Notes under the pieces: model-generated
Seen by the model: the letters and a program-made list of their open reading frames with translations, nothing else
What the model was told of the DNA's origin: nothing
The model's database searches: none
Part shown: piece after piece, positions 45,709 through 54,847 of the stretch
Layout: each line of letters opens with the position of its first letter
Numbering within the stretch: position 1 is the first letter of the stretch
Assembly (NCBI GenBank): GCA_034717435.1
Contig: JAYELI010000057.1
Location: 1 to 57,794, forward strand
Direction of reading: 5' to 3'
DNA from: Candidatus Omnitrophota bacterium
GTDB lineage: Bacteria; Omnitrophota; JAUWXU01
Length of the DNA: 57,794 nucleotides
Position numbers and translations under genes: made by a program

Positions 45709-46659
45709 ATGAAAAAAGTGTTAGGAGCATTTATTGTTTTAATTATTTTGGTGATAGTGATGTTTATGAGTGGATTGGCATACATAGTGGAGGAAACCAA
45801 ACAGGTAGTGATTACCCAGTTTGGCAAACCGGTGGGAAAGCCGGTTGTTGATTCCGGGCTGCATTTTAAAAAGCCGTTTATTCAGCAAACTCGTTATTTC
45901 GAAAAAAGACTTCTTGATTGGGACGGCGACCCTAATCAAATTCCAACAAAAGATAAAAGGTATATCTGGGTTGATACCACAGCCCGCTGGAAGATTTCTG
46001 ATGCCTTGAGGTTTTTGCAGTCTGTAACTAATGAGATGGGCGCGCATGCCCGGCTCGATGACATTATTAATTCGGCAACCCGCGACGCCATTACCGGCCA
46101 CATCCTTGTTGAAACAGTGAGAAATTCCAATCGGATTATAGAAACTAAACAACAAGGTGAAAGCTTAATGCTTACCGAAGAAGCAATTGAACGGATCAAG
46201 ATAGGCCGGAGTAAGTTAGAAAAGTTAATTTTGCAGGAAGCAAGGAAATTGGCTCCGCAATACGGGATCGAGTTAAGAGATGTGCGGATAAAACGCATCA
46301 ATTACGTGGAAGCTGTAAGGGTAAAGGTTTATGACCGCATGATTGCTGAAAGAAAACGCGCTGCCGAGATGTACCGTTCTGAAGGACAGGGAAAGCGCGC
46401 AGAAATAGACGGCCAGAGAGAAAAAGAATTAAAGCTGATCACCTCCAAGGCTTATAGGACGGCTCAGGTTGTTAAGGGCAAGGCAGACGCTGAATCAATA
46501 ACTATCTATGCCCGGGCTTACAGCCAGGATCCAAATTTCTATTCATTTCTAAAAACTTTAGAGACATATCGAAAGACCATTGATCGAAACACCACTTTAA
46601 TTTTGAGCGCCGACAGCGAGTATTATAAATATCTAACAGAGTTCGGCCTTAAAAAATAG
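45709..46659 (+). CDS. hflC: FtsH protease modulator HflC (SPFH/band 7)
   Basis: One N-terminal TM segment and an SPFH domain. Follows hflK directly. Confidence 0.88.
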   Translation: MKKVLGAFIVLIILVIVMFMSGLAYIVEETKQVVITQFGKPVGKPVVDSGLHFKKPFIQQTRYFEKRLLDWDGDPNQIPTKDKRYIWVDTTARWKISDALRFLQSVTNEMGAHARLDDIINSATRDAITGHILVETVRNSNRIIETKQQGESLMLTEEAIERIKIGRSKLEKLILQEARKLAPQYGIELRDVRIKRINYVEAVRVKVYDRMIAERKRAAEMYRSEGQGKRAEIDGQREKELKLITSKAYRTAQVVKGKADAESITIYARAYSQDPNFYSFLKTLETYRKTIDRNTTLILSADSEYYKYLTEFGLKK

Positions 46660-46665
46660 GAAAAA

Positions 46666-46944
46666 ATGGTTGGAGTCAGGACGCATTTGTTGATTTCCGG
46701 GCTGGTTCAGGGGGTCTTCTTTCGCGCTAAGACCCGTTACCAGGCCCGGGCCCTGGGTCTTACTGGGTGGGTAAGGAATCGTTGGGATGGCAAGGTAGAG
46801 GCGATTTTCGAAGGAGAAAAGACAAAGGTGGACCAAATAGTTAATTGGTGCCGCCGGGGTCCTGCCGGAGCAGTAGTAAAAAATGTAGAGGTCAGCCGGG
46901 AAGATTATTCCGGGGAGTTTGATTCTTTTTCGATAAAGAGTTAA
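46666..46944 (+). CDS. acyP: Acylphosphatase
   Basis: ISGLVQGVFFR and GWVRN..DG.VE motifs. Confidence 0.85.
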   Translation: MVGVRTHLLISGLVQGVFFRAKTRYQARALGLTGWVRNRWDGKVEAIFEGEKTKVDQIVNWCRRGPAGAVVKNVEVSREDYSGEFDSFSIKS

Positions 46945-46979
46945 TGCCCTTTAAATTTTTGTTCAGGAAATTAAAAAAT

Positions 46980-47624
46980 ATGAAAAAAAAGATTTTGATT
47001 GCTCCCAGTTTATTAGCAGCGGATTTTGCAAATCTATCCGCTGAAATGAAGTCAGTAGAAAAAGCAGGCGCTGATTTGTTTCACGTGGATATTATGGACG
47101 GCCATTTCGTTCCTAATATTACTATTGGCCCGGCTGTGGTCAGCGCTATCAGGGCCCAAACCAAACTGCCGATTAGTATTCACTTGATGATCGAACACCC
47201 TGATAAATATATAGATGTTTTTGCTAAAAGCGGCGGGACTTGTTTGACTTTTCACATTGAAACCTGCCCTGATCCCCTAAAAACTATCAATTTAATTAAA
47301 TCCTTTGGCCTGAAGGCTGGAGTTGCGTTTAATCCCAAGACCGGACTCGGGTGTATTAGAAATATATTAGGAGCGCTTGATATGGTGTTGTTTATGACGG
47401 TTGAGCCGGGATTTGGCGGTCAACTATTTATGCCTTCGGTTTTATCCAAAATTTCCCAGCTTCGTCAGATCTGGAACGGAGATATAGAGGTTGACGGAGG
47501 TATAAACCAGCATACAGCAAAAGAGGTCTTAAAGGCCGGAGCCAATATATTGGCTGTCGGGACAGCTATATTTAAGGCAAAAAATAGAAAGAAAGCAATA
47601 AAAGCACTGAGAAAATCTAAGTAA
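46980..47624 (+). CDS. rpe: Ribulose-phosphate 3-epimerase
   Basis: IAPSLLAADF, HVDIMDGHFVPN, MTVEPGFGGQ. An alternative TAATG-coupled start lies at 46944. Confidence 0.9.
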   Translation: MKKKILIAPSLLAADFANLSAEMKSVEKAGADLFHVDIMDGHFVPNITIGPAVVSAIRAQTKLPISIHLMIEHPDKYIDVFAKSGGTCLTFHIETCPDPLKTINLIKSFGLKAGVAFNPKTGLGCIRNILGALDMVLFMTVEPGFGGQLFMPSVLSKISQLRQIWNGDIEVDGGINQHTAKEVLKAGANILAVGTAIFKAKNRKKAIKALRKSK

Positions 47625-47784
47625 GAGTCAGAGATTCAGAGTGTCAAAGTAAAAACTCTGACACTAGCGAACGAAGTCCCCGACTTGTCCTTTGACCTGT
47701 TTTCTGAAGCCTTAGCGCAGGAAGAAGCTTTGGCGAAGGAGGAAAGGGGCGAAGTGAGCGATGACACTTTGAATCTCTGACACT
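47625..47784. repeat. AGWGTCAR word-array hairpin element, copy 2, with a nested insertion
   Basis: It shares agagtgtcaaagtaaaaactYtgacactagcgaacgaagt ... gagcgatgacactttga with 5157-5233. Stem 47628-47644 / 47764-47780 has one mismatch. Confidence 0.85.
47678..47755. mobile_element. 78-nt insertion inside the loop of the copy-2 element, bounded by a 6-nt direct duplication CGAAGT
   Basis: Copy 1 reads cgaacgaagt|gagcgatgac uninterrupted. Copy 2 has ccccgac...aggggcgaagt between these two halves. CGAAGT occurs at 47672-47677 and at 47750-47755. Confidence 0.45.
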
Positions 47785-47805
47785 AATCAAGGAGGGAGTT
47801 TTTAG

Positions 47806-49206
47806 ATGATCAAGTTCGGGACAGATGGGTGGAGAGCAATAATCAGCGAAGATTTTACCTTTGACAATGTTAAAATAGTAGCTCAGGCCCTGGCAGATTT
47901 TATTAATAAAGACCAGCATGCTAAATCTAAGCAGATAGTAGTGGGATATGACACAAGATTTCTTTCTTCGACATATGCTCAGCTTATTAGCTGTGTTCTG
48001 GCAGCCAATGGAATAAAAGTACTATTGACCGATAGGCCAACTCCTACTCCGGCCGTAAGTTTTACTATAGTTGGCAGAAAAATGGGCGGCGGGATTGTGG
48101 TTACCGCCAGCCATAACCCTGCTGAATTTAACGGTATTAAATACAAAGCTTATTACGGAGGCTCGGCCGATCCTGAAATTATTAAAAAAATAGAACAGGA
48201 ACTTTATAGGGAAAGAACCAGGTTTTTACCTTTGGAAGAAGCCCTCAAGAGCCTGCTGACGATAGAAGATGTAATCCCTTCTTACCTTAAAGCAGTAGCG
48301 GACTATGTTGATCTAGAACTTTTGAAGAAAAGTAAATTTAATTTGCTGGTTGATGTTATGTATGGCGCGGGGAATAGTTATATTGGTAAACTTCTTGCCG
48401 GCGGGGCCTGCAGGGTAGAAACTATTCACAGCCGGCCAAATCCGGGCTTTGGCGGAAGAAGGCCGGAGCCCTCAGCTGAGAATCTGCAAGAGACGGCTGA
48501 GCTTATAAAAAAAGGAAATTATGATTTAGGCCTGGCCACCGACGGAGATGTGGATAGATTAGGAGTGATTACACCGCAGGGAGAAGTGATCAGCGGGCAT
48601 AAGGTAATGGCGCTTTTATTAAAACACCTTGTGGAGGATAAAAAGTTGTCCGGTTCGGTAGTCCAAACCATCTGCGGAACAGTCCTGATCAATAAGATGT
48701 GCGAAAAATACGGGCTGAAAATACACGAGACGCCGGTCGGTTTTAAATATATCTGTGAAATCATGAGGAAAGAAAAGGTTGTTGTCGGAGGAGAGGAAAC
48801 AGGCGGAGTAGGATTCAGAGATTTTATACCCGAAAGAGACGGTATCCTTTCCGGGCTTTTGATATTAGAACTGATGGCCTGCCGGCAGAAGGGAATAGTC
48901 GAGATTTTAGATGAAATGGAAAAAGAATACGGCAGATTTATTTATCTGCGCAAGGACGTAGCTTATCCTGACCAAGAAAAGAAAAAGAAACTCATCTCTA
49001 ATTTGAAAAATAATCCCCCTGGCGATATACTGGGCAAAAAGATAAACGAGATTAAAGCAGAAGATGGAATAAAATTCATTTGCAGCGATTTAAGCTGGCT
49101 TTTAATCAGGCCTTCCGGTACAGAACAGCTTGTCCGGATTTATTCCGAGGCATCCAGCCGGGAACAGGCTGAACAGATGATAGAGGTTGGAAAGAAGTAT
49201 ATATGA
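47806..49206 (+). CDS. Phosphoglucomutase/phosphomannomutase family protein
   Basis: Active-site TASHNPAEFNGIK and metal-binding DGDVDR motifs. Confidence 0.88.
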   Translation: MIKFGTDGWRAIISEDFTFDNVKIVAQALADFINKDQHAKSKQIVVGYDTRFLSSTYAQLISCVLAANGIKVLLTDRPTPTPAVSFTIVGRKMGGGIVVTASHNPAEFNGIKYKAYYGGSADPEIIKKIEQELYRERTRFLPLEEALKSLLTIEDVIPSYLKAVADYVDLELLKKSKFNLLVDVMYGAGNSYIGKLLAGGACRVETIHSRPNPGFGGRRPEPSAENLQETAELIKKGNYDLGLATDGDVDRLGVITPQGEVISGHKVMALLLKHLVEDKKLSGSVVQTICGTVLINKMCEKYGLKIHETPVGFKYICEIMRKEKVVVGGEETGGVGFRDFIPERDGILSGLLILELMACRQKGIVEILDEMEKEYGRFIYLRKDVAYPDQEKKKKLISNLKNNPPGDILGKKINEIKAEDGIKFICSDLSWLLIRPSGTEQLVRIYSEASSREQAEQMIEVGKKYI

Positions 49207-49757
49207 CAAAATTAATTTTGGTTAACCAAAATCAAACGGATTGGGATTGTGAACACAGGATCCAGGGTTTGATAGATATGCCTTTAAACACTAAAGGCAA
49301 TAGGCAATCTAAGGTTCTTGCTGAGGAATTGAGCGATATGAAAATAGATGTTGTTTATTCCAGTGATCTCTTGCGGGCCCACCAGACAGCTCAAGCAGTA
49401 GCCCGGCCGCATAAACTGAAGGTAAAAAAACTAAAAGCGTTAAACGATATTAATTATGGGTTGTGGCAGGGGATGCTGGTTAGTGAAGCCCAAAAAAAAC
49501 ACAGGAAAAGTTATCGGCTCTGGCAGACGACTCCATTGTGTTCAAAACCACCTAAGGGAGAAGGGATTAAAGAAGCCTACCAGAGAGTATCCGTTCAGAT
49601 TGAAAAATTGGCGGTTAAGCATAAACAACAGGTAGCATGCGTTATTTCTCATCCTGCGGTAAACGCCCTTATAAAATGTTACTTTTTTAAGCAGGATTTA
49701 AATAATTTCTGGAATGTATTACCGGAAGTTGGAACATGGGAGATACTGGAGGTATAA
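49203..49757 (+). CDS. Histidine-phosphatase-superfamily homologue with a degenerate catalytic RHG motif
   Basis: SSDLLRAHQTA and ISHPAVNALI match the fold. The N-terminal position that normally reads RHGET reads NQNQT. Confidence 0.65.
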   Translation: MTKLILVNQNQTDWDCEHRIQGLIDMPLNTKGNRQSKVLAEELSDMKIDVVYSSDLLRAHQTAQAVARPHKLKVKKLKALNDINYGLWQGMLVSEAQKKHRKSYRLWQTTPLCSKPPKGEGIKEAYQRVSVQIEKLAVKHKQQVACVISHPAVNALIKCYFFKQDLNNFWNVLPEVGTWEILEV

Positions 49758-49814
49758 ATTGAAAAGCACAAATATACACAAATCGTGGAAATAAGATTGT
49801 CAACGTAAAAAAGA

Positions 49815-51602
49815 ATGTCTATCAAAATAGATAAAATAAGAAATTTCAGCATAATTGCCCATATAGATCACGGAAAGTCTACGTTGGCCGACAGGTTACT
49901 GCAGTTTACCGGAGCGATCAGCGACCGCGAATTCAGAAATCAGGTTCTTGATGATATGGATCTGGAGCGGGAAAGAGGGATTACGATTAAGGCCCGGGCA
50001 GTGAGGATAGCTTATAAAGGTTATTGGCTTAACCTTATTGATACGCCCGGACACGTAGATTTTACTTACGAAGTGGCTAAATCCCTGGCAGCATGCGAAG
50101 GGGCTTTGCTTTTGGTGGATGCGGCCCAGGGGGTAGAGGCCCAGACTGTTTCAACTTTGCATCTGGCCTTGGAGCACAATTTAAAAATTATCCCGATAAT
50201 CAATAAGATCGATCTGATTAATGCTGATCCGGAGAGGGTTAAGCGTCAGCTGAAAGATGTCTTGAATATTGAAACCGATCAGGTAATTCTGGCATCGGCC
50301 AAAGAGGGCATAGGGACAGAGGAGGTGCTTGATGCTGTTGTTTCGCGTATACCTGCGCCCAAAGGCAAAAAGGACAGCTCTCTTCAGGCGCTTATATTTG
50401 ATTCCAAATTTGACGTTTTTAAAGGCGTTGTTGTCTATTTACGGGTAATGAAAGGCTGTATTTGCCCTCGAATGAAGATTAAATTTATGTCTACCGGCAG
50501 TATATATGAAGTTGAAGAAGTGGGTGTTTTTACGCCTCGGCCTTGCAAGGTAGATGAATTGGCTTGTGGACAGGTGGGATATATCAGCTGTAATATAAAA
50601 GAGACGGGAGTAGTAAGCGTTGGCGATACTATTACTAATGCCCTGTTGCCCTGCAAAGAGAGACTTCCCGGTTATAAAAAACTTATTTCGTTGGTATTCA
50701 GCAGCCTTTACCCCGTAAACAGCAAGGATCATTCTTTGCTGCGCGAAGGGCTTGCCAAGTTAAAACTTAATGATGCGGGCTTGGTATATGAGCCGGAAAG
50801 TTCCGCCTCTCTCGGCCTGGGTTTCAGGTGCGGTTTTTTAGGGCTTTTGCATATGGAAATAGTCCAGGAAAGGCTGGAAAGAGAGTTCGACCTTAATTTG
50901 ATAACCACTGCTCCCAGCGTTACCTACCAGATTAAAGAAAAAGACGGCCGGGTTATTACTGTAGATGACCCCTCCAAGTTTCCGCCCAACAATAAAATAA
51001 CCCAGATGTTCGAGCCATACATCAGGGCATTTATGATTATCCCTAAGGATTCCCTGGGCGCGATAATGGAATTGTCTCACTCCCGGCGGGGGGTCTATAA
51101 GGGCACGGAATATTTGGATGTAGAAAGAGTGTTGTTGACATATGAACTTCCTCTATCGGAGATACTGGTCGATTTTTACGATAAGATAAAATCGATTACC
51201 CGGGGTTATGGCTCCCTGGATTATGAATTTATCGGCTATTTTCCCACGGCTCTGGTAAAATTAGATATTTTGATTAATGGAGAAATTTGTGAAAACCTGT
51301 CTTCAATAGTATATAAGAAAGAGGCCCGGGCAAGAGGACAAGTGTTGGCCGGCAGGCTGAAGCAGTTGATTCCCCGGCAGCTTTTCGAAGTAGTAATTCA
51401 AGCGGCAATCGGCAGCCAGGTGATTACCCGGGAGTCTGTCAGGCCTTTGGGTAAACACGTGACAGGTAAATGTTATGGAGGGGATATTACCAGAAAACGC
51501 AAGCTCTGGGAAAAGCAGAAGGCGGGGAAAAAACGCATGAAGCAGTTTGGAAAAGTCAAAATTCCCCAGGAAGCGTTTATGGCGATCTTGACTACCAAAT
51601 AA
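49815..51602 (+). CDS. lepA: Elongation factor 4
   Basis: [23 protein letters not shown] and NKIDL motifs, plus the LepA C-terminal domain. Confidence 0.95.
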   Translation: MSIKIDKIRNFSIIAHIDHGKSTLADRLLQFTGAISDREFRNQVLDDMDLERERGITIKARAVRIAYKGYWLNLIDTPGHVDFTYEVAKSLAACEGALLLVDAAQGVEAQTVSTLHLALEHNLKIIPIINKIDLINADPERVKRQLKDVLNIETDQVILASAKEGIGTEEVLDAVVSRIPAPKGKKDSSLQALIFDSKFDVFKGVVVYLRVMKGCICPRMKIKFMSTGSIYEVEEVGVFTPRPCKVDELACGQVGYISCNIKETGVVSVGDTITNALLPCKERLPGYKKLISLVFSSLYPVNSKDHSLLREGLAKLKLNDAGLVYEPESSASLGLGFRCGFLGLLHMEIVQERLEREFDLNLITTAPSVTYQIKEKDGRVITVDDPSKFPPNNKITQMFEPYIRAFMIIPKDSLGAIMELSHSRRGVYKGTEYLDVERVLLTYELPLSEILVDFYDKIKSITRGYGSLDYEFIGYFPTALVKLDILINGEICENLSSIVYKKEARARGQVLAGRLKQLIPRQLFEVVIQAAIGSQVITRESVRPLGKHVTGKCYGGDITRKRKLWEKQKAGKKRMKQFGKVKIPQEAFMAILTTK

Positions 51603-51740
51603 ATGGTTAAACTGCTAAATGGCTAAATGGTTAAATTGCTAAACTGAAGATTTGTATCCTGAATTTTAAAACGCATTTTTTTACAATAAGTTACGTTAAA
51701 ATAATTTTTTAGTTCAACAATTTAACAGTTTAACAATTTA
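51600..51740. repeat. TAAAYTGY word-array element
   Basis: Six left-arm octamers start on the lepA stop codon (51600-51647). The loop is about 65 nt. The right arm is tcaacaatttaacagtttaacaattta (51714-51740). Confidence 0.8.
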
Positions 51741-51757
51741 TAAAGAGGATTGATTAA

Positions 51758-52297
51758 ATGAAAAAGAAAACCAAGTTAATTGTCCGCGAATGGGTTGAAT
51801 CTTTACTTATCGCCTTTATTTTAGCGATGCTGATTAGGACATTTATTGTCCAGGCATTTAAAATCCCTACTTCTTCGATGAAGCCGACACTGATGTGCGG
51901 AGACCGTATTTTAGTCAATAGATTTATTTACCGTTTTAAAAAACCAGAGCGATGGGATGTGGTTGTGTTTAAATATCCCCTAGATCGCAAGAAACCTTTT
52001 ATCAAACGGTTGGTGGCTGAGCAGGGCGAAAAGATTACCATTGCCAATGGAAGAGTATTTATTAACGGCCAGATGATTGATAATCCGCATCTCCCGGAAT
52101 ATTATTATAATCGGGGGGATTATGGACGCCAGGGTTTAAAGATAGATGTTCCGGAGGATAAACTTTTTGTCCTGGGGGATAACAGCTTCAATAGCAAGGA
52201 TAGCCGGTATTGGGGGTTTGTTCCTAAAAAAGATCTGGTCGGTAAGGCCTTTTTGATTTACTGGCCGTTGAACAGAATAAAAATACTTAATAAATAA
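51758..52297 (+). CDS. lepB: Signal peptidase I
   Basis: SSMKPTL (catalytic Ser), KRLVAEQG (Lys), GDNSFNSKDSRYWG. Confidence 0.9.
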   Translation: MKKKTKLIVREWVESLLIAFILAMLIRTFIVQAFKIPTSSMKPTLMCGDRILVNRFIYRFKKPERWDVVVFKYPLDRKKPFIKRLVAEQGEKITIANGRVFINGQMIDNPHLPEYYYNRGDYGRQGLKIDVPEDKLFVLGDNSFNSKDSRYWGFVPKKDLVGKAFLIYWPLNRIKILNK

Positions 52298-52322
52298 AGA
52301 ACGGGTTGAAGGGAGGCGGAAG

Positions 52323-53618
52323 ATGGAAAAGGCAATCAGGAAAGGTTTGGTTTTATCGTTGGTAGTCGGGTTGGTGAGTTTAGCAGCGGTTTGCAGTGTT
52401 AAAGCCGAGTTAACAGAAGCCCAGCAAAAATTGCTGGCCAAACGGGCTGCCAGGGTAGATGCCTATAGAAATCTGGCAGAGAAAGTAAAAGGCTTACAGA
52501 TTAATTCTACGACCTATGTCCGTGATTTTGTAGTTCTCAGTGACCAGATCAGCACTGACCTCAACACATTCTTGAAAGGCGCTGAGGTGGTTTCAGCAAG
52601 GTATCCGGGGGATGGAACCTGTGAAGTTGAAGTGGCAATGCAGGTTGGCAGAATAATTACGGAACTTAAGAGGCTTCATCGCGTTCACTGGGAAAGGGTT
52701 CATTTATTTCGTATTCGACCGAATGATTTTACCAGGATCACAACTTATTATACGGAAGGCGTGGTAACCGCCAGGGGTTCCGGCCTTCCCAGGTCTCAAG
52801 AATCCCTTGAAACCAGTTCTTTAGCAAGCCCCACTATGGGAATTCCGGGCTGGGAAAATGTGACTGCCAGGGGCCGGCTCATGGCCCAACGGGCTGCCAA
52901 GGTAGATGCCTATAGAAATCTGGCCGAGATTGTCAAGGGATTGCGGATTACGTCAAATACCTATGTGCGTGATTTTGTAGCTGAAAGCGACCAGATCAGC
53001 ACTCAATTGGACGCTTTTATTAAAGGAATAGAGCAGATAGGTCCTTATCGATATACCCCGGAAGGGATATGCGAGGCGGATGTTGAAGTAAGCGTTAGAA
53101 AGGTAGTCAAGAAATTAAAAGAAATACGTAAGTGGTATATCCGCCGCCGTTACCCCTGGCGCCGTGTATATATCAAGACGATAAGGTTTGAAAAGATAAT
53201 CGAATATTATCCTGCCAGGGTTATCAGGGCTACCGGCCAGGGAGTAGCGCCGGCCAAATACATTAAAGGGTCTTCGATTTCACCGGCTGCTCCGGGATGG
53301 GTGAACAGCAGGCTTACGGTTACCGGCGTGGGCATAGCTCCTGAGGGCAAATCAGGGCCAGAGGCAGGCTTGATGGCTGAACGGGCGGCTGAAATGGATG
53401 CCCGCAGGAATCTGGCCGAAGAGCTCTACGGAGTTCAGATTAGCGCTTCTACTACAGTGATAGATTTTGTGGTTCAGCATGACAAAGTCAAAGCAGAGGT
53501 AGAGACCTTTCTACGGGGCGCCAGAAAAGCGGATACCAGATTCCTGACTGATGGCAGTGTCGAGGTAGATATCGAGCTTCCCATGGAAGGATTGTGGGAA
53601 ATAGTGAAAAAATATTGA
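52323..53618 (+). CDS. Exported protein with three LPP20/FlgP-like domains
   Basis: Signal peptide. The motif A.RAA..DA(Y/R)RNLAE occurs at aa 39-53, 188-202 and 352-366, each followed by G..I.S.T.V.DF. Confidence 0.65.
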   Translation: MEKAIRKGLVLSLVVGLVSLAAVCSVKAELTEAQQKLLAKRAARVDAYRNLAEKVKGLQINSTTYVRDFVVLSDQISTDLNTFLKGAEVVSARYPGDGTCEVEVAMQVGRIITELKRLHRVHWERVHLFRIRPNDFTRITTYYTEGVVTARGSGLPRSQESLETSSLASPTMGIPGWENVTARGRLMAQRAAKVDAYRNLAEIVKGLRITSNTYVRDFVAESDQISTQLDAFIKGIEQIGPYRYTPEGICEADVEVSVRKVVKKLKEIRKWYIRRRYPWRRVYIKTIRFEKIIEYYPARVIRATGQGVAPAKYIKGSSISPAAPGWVNSRLTVTGVGIAPEGKSGPEAGLMAERAAEMDARRNLAEELYGVQISASTTVIDFVVQHDKVKAEVETFLRGARKADTRFLTDGSVEVDIELPMEGLWEIVKKY

Positions 53619-53628
53619 GGAGAACATT

Positions 53629-54771
53629 ATGCTGAAAAGTCCGAAAATATGGTCGAATATTGCTATATTGCTGTTGGGTGTTTTGCTGTCGTCTGCCGGC
53701 ACTGTTCTGGCTCAAATCGAGCAAAAGGAAATGATCGGTGAAGGTATGGCAGCGGGTTCTTCTCTTATCTCGCGAGAGGAAGCCCTGAACCGGGCATTAA
53801 GGGACGCTATTGAAAAAGGAGTCGGGGTGCTTATTGATTCGGAAACAATAGTCCAAAATTTTCAACTGCTTGACGATAAAGTATATTCCCAGGTGAAAGG
53901 CTATGTAAAAAGTTACGAAATAGCCGGCGATAACCAGGGCGAAGGAGGAATATATAGAATCAAGGTAAAAGCAGTGGTTGCCCTGGGCGCATTGAGAAAA
54001 AGCATCAAAGGCCTGAACATTGTGCTCGAAAAAAAGGGCCGGCCGAGAGTTATGGCGGTATTTTCTGAGTCAATCGATGGTTTAGAGCAGCCGGGAGCAG
54101 TGGTCCAGACAGAAATGGAGAAGGCTTTTCTTGAAAACAATTTTCCCCTTATCGATAGGGCGCAGATGGAGATGGTTAAATCCAGGGATGCTGCTTTGAG
54201 TTATGCCGATCCTTCAAAGGCAGCTGCTTTAGGCAGGCGCTACGGAGCCGAAGTGGTTATAGTGGGCCAGGCTGCCAGCGATTTAATGGATACGTCCAAA
54301 CCTTACGGGGTTTCTGTCTATGCCTACCAGGCGCAGGTTTCAGCCAGGGTTATTAAGGTGGATACCGCCGGCTTGATGGTTTCCGAGAGCGTTGAATCTG
54401 TTCAAAGAGGAGGAGGCAGGATTCCTACTGCCAAGAAGTCATTAAAAGACGCCGGCCGTAAACTATCTGATTTAGTGATGAAACAGATTGTTGAAAAATG
54501 GAGAAGCGAGGTCTATAATTTAACAAGCATCCAGCTGATTTGCGAAAATGCCACTTTTGATAAATTAAATTTATTAAAAGCCGGGCTTCGGAATTTAGGC
54601 GCGGTTGAAAGCGTAAGCGAAAGAAGTTTTGTAAATCAGATCGGGATCATAGATCTTCAGATGGCTGGCGATGCTAATATGCTGGCCGCTAAATTGCGTG
54701 AATTTACCGATCCATTAGTGGATATAACCGGCAAGACACAAAATAGAATTGATCTGAAATTCTTGGAGTGA
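53629..54771 (+). CDS. Exported FlgT-like protein (LPP20/FlgT_N-like domain plus a CsgG/TolB_N-like middle domain)
   Basis: Signal peptide. GEGMAAG..SREEALNRALRDAIEKGVGVLIDSETIV..VKGYVKSYEI, then RPRVMAVFSE...NFPLIDRAQ...GAEVVIVGQA. Confidence 0.5.
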   Translation: MLKSPKIWSNIAILLLGVLLSSAGTVLAQIEQKEMIGEGMAAGSSLISREEALNRALRDAIEKGVGVLIDSETIVQNFQLLDDKVYSQVKGYVKSYEIAGDNQGEGGIYRIKVKAVVALGALRKSIKGLNIVLEKKGRPRVMAVFSESIDGLEQPGAVVQTEMEKAFLENNFPLIDRAQMEMVKSRDAALSYADPSKAAALGRRYGAEVVIVGQAASDLMDTSKPYGVSVYAYQAQVSARVIKVDTAGLMVSESVESVQRGGGRIPTAKKSLKDAGRKLSDLVMKQIVEKWRSEVYNLTSIQLICENATFDKLNLLKAGLRNLGAVESVSERSFVNQIGIIDLQMAGDANMLAAKLREFTDPLVDITGKTQNRIDLKFLE

Positions 54772-54847
54772 AAAAACATTCTATAAAGAGTATAGATGAT
54801 TACAGAGATTAAAGGACAGAAACTGAACATTATATCGGGAGGTTAAG

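Noticed and set aside
49758-49814. TTGAAA at 49759 as the -35 of a lepA promoter
   Set aside because: The hexamer 17 nt downstream (atcgtg) is not -10-like, and no convincing alternative was found.
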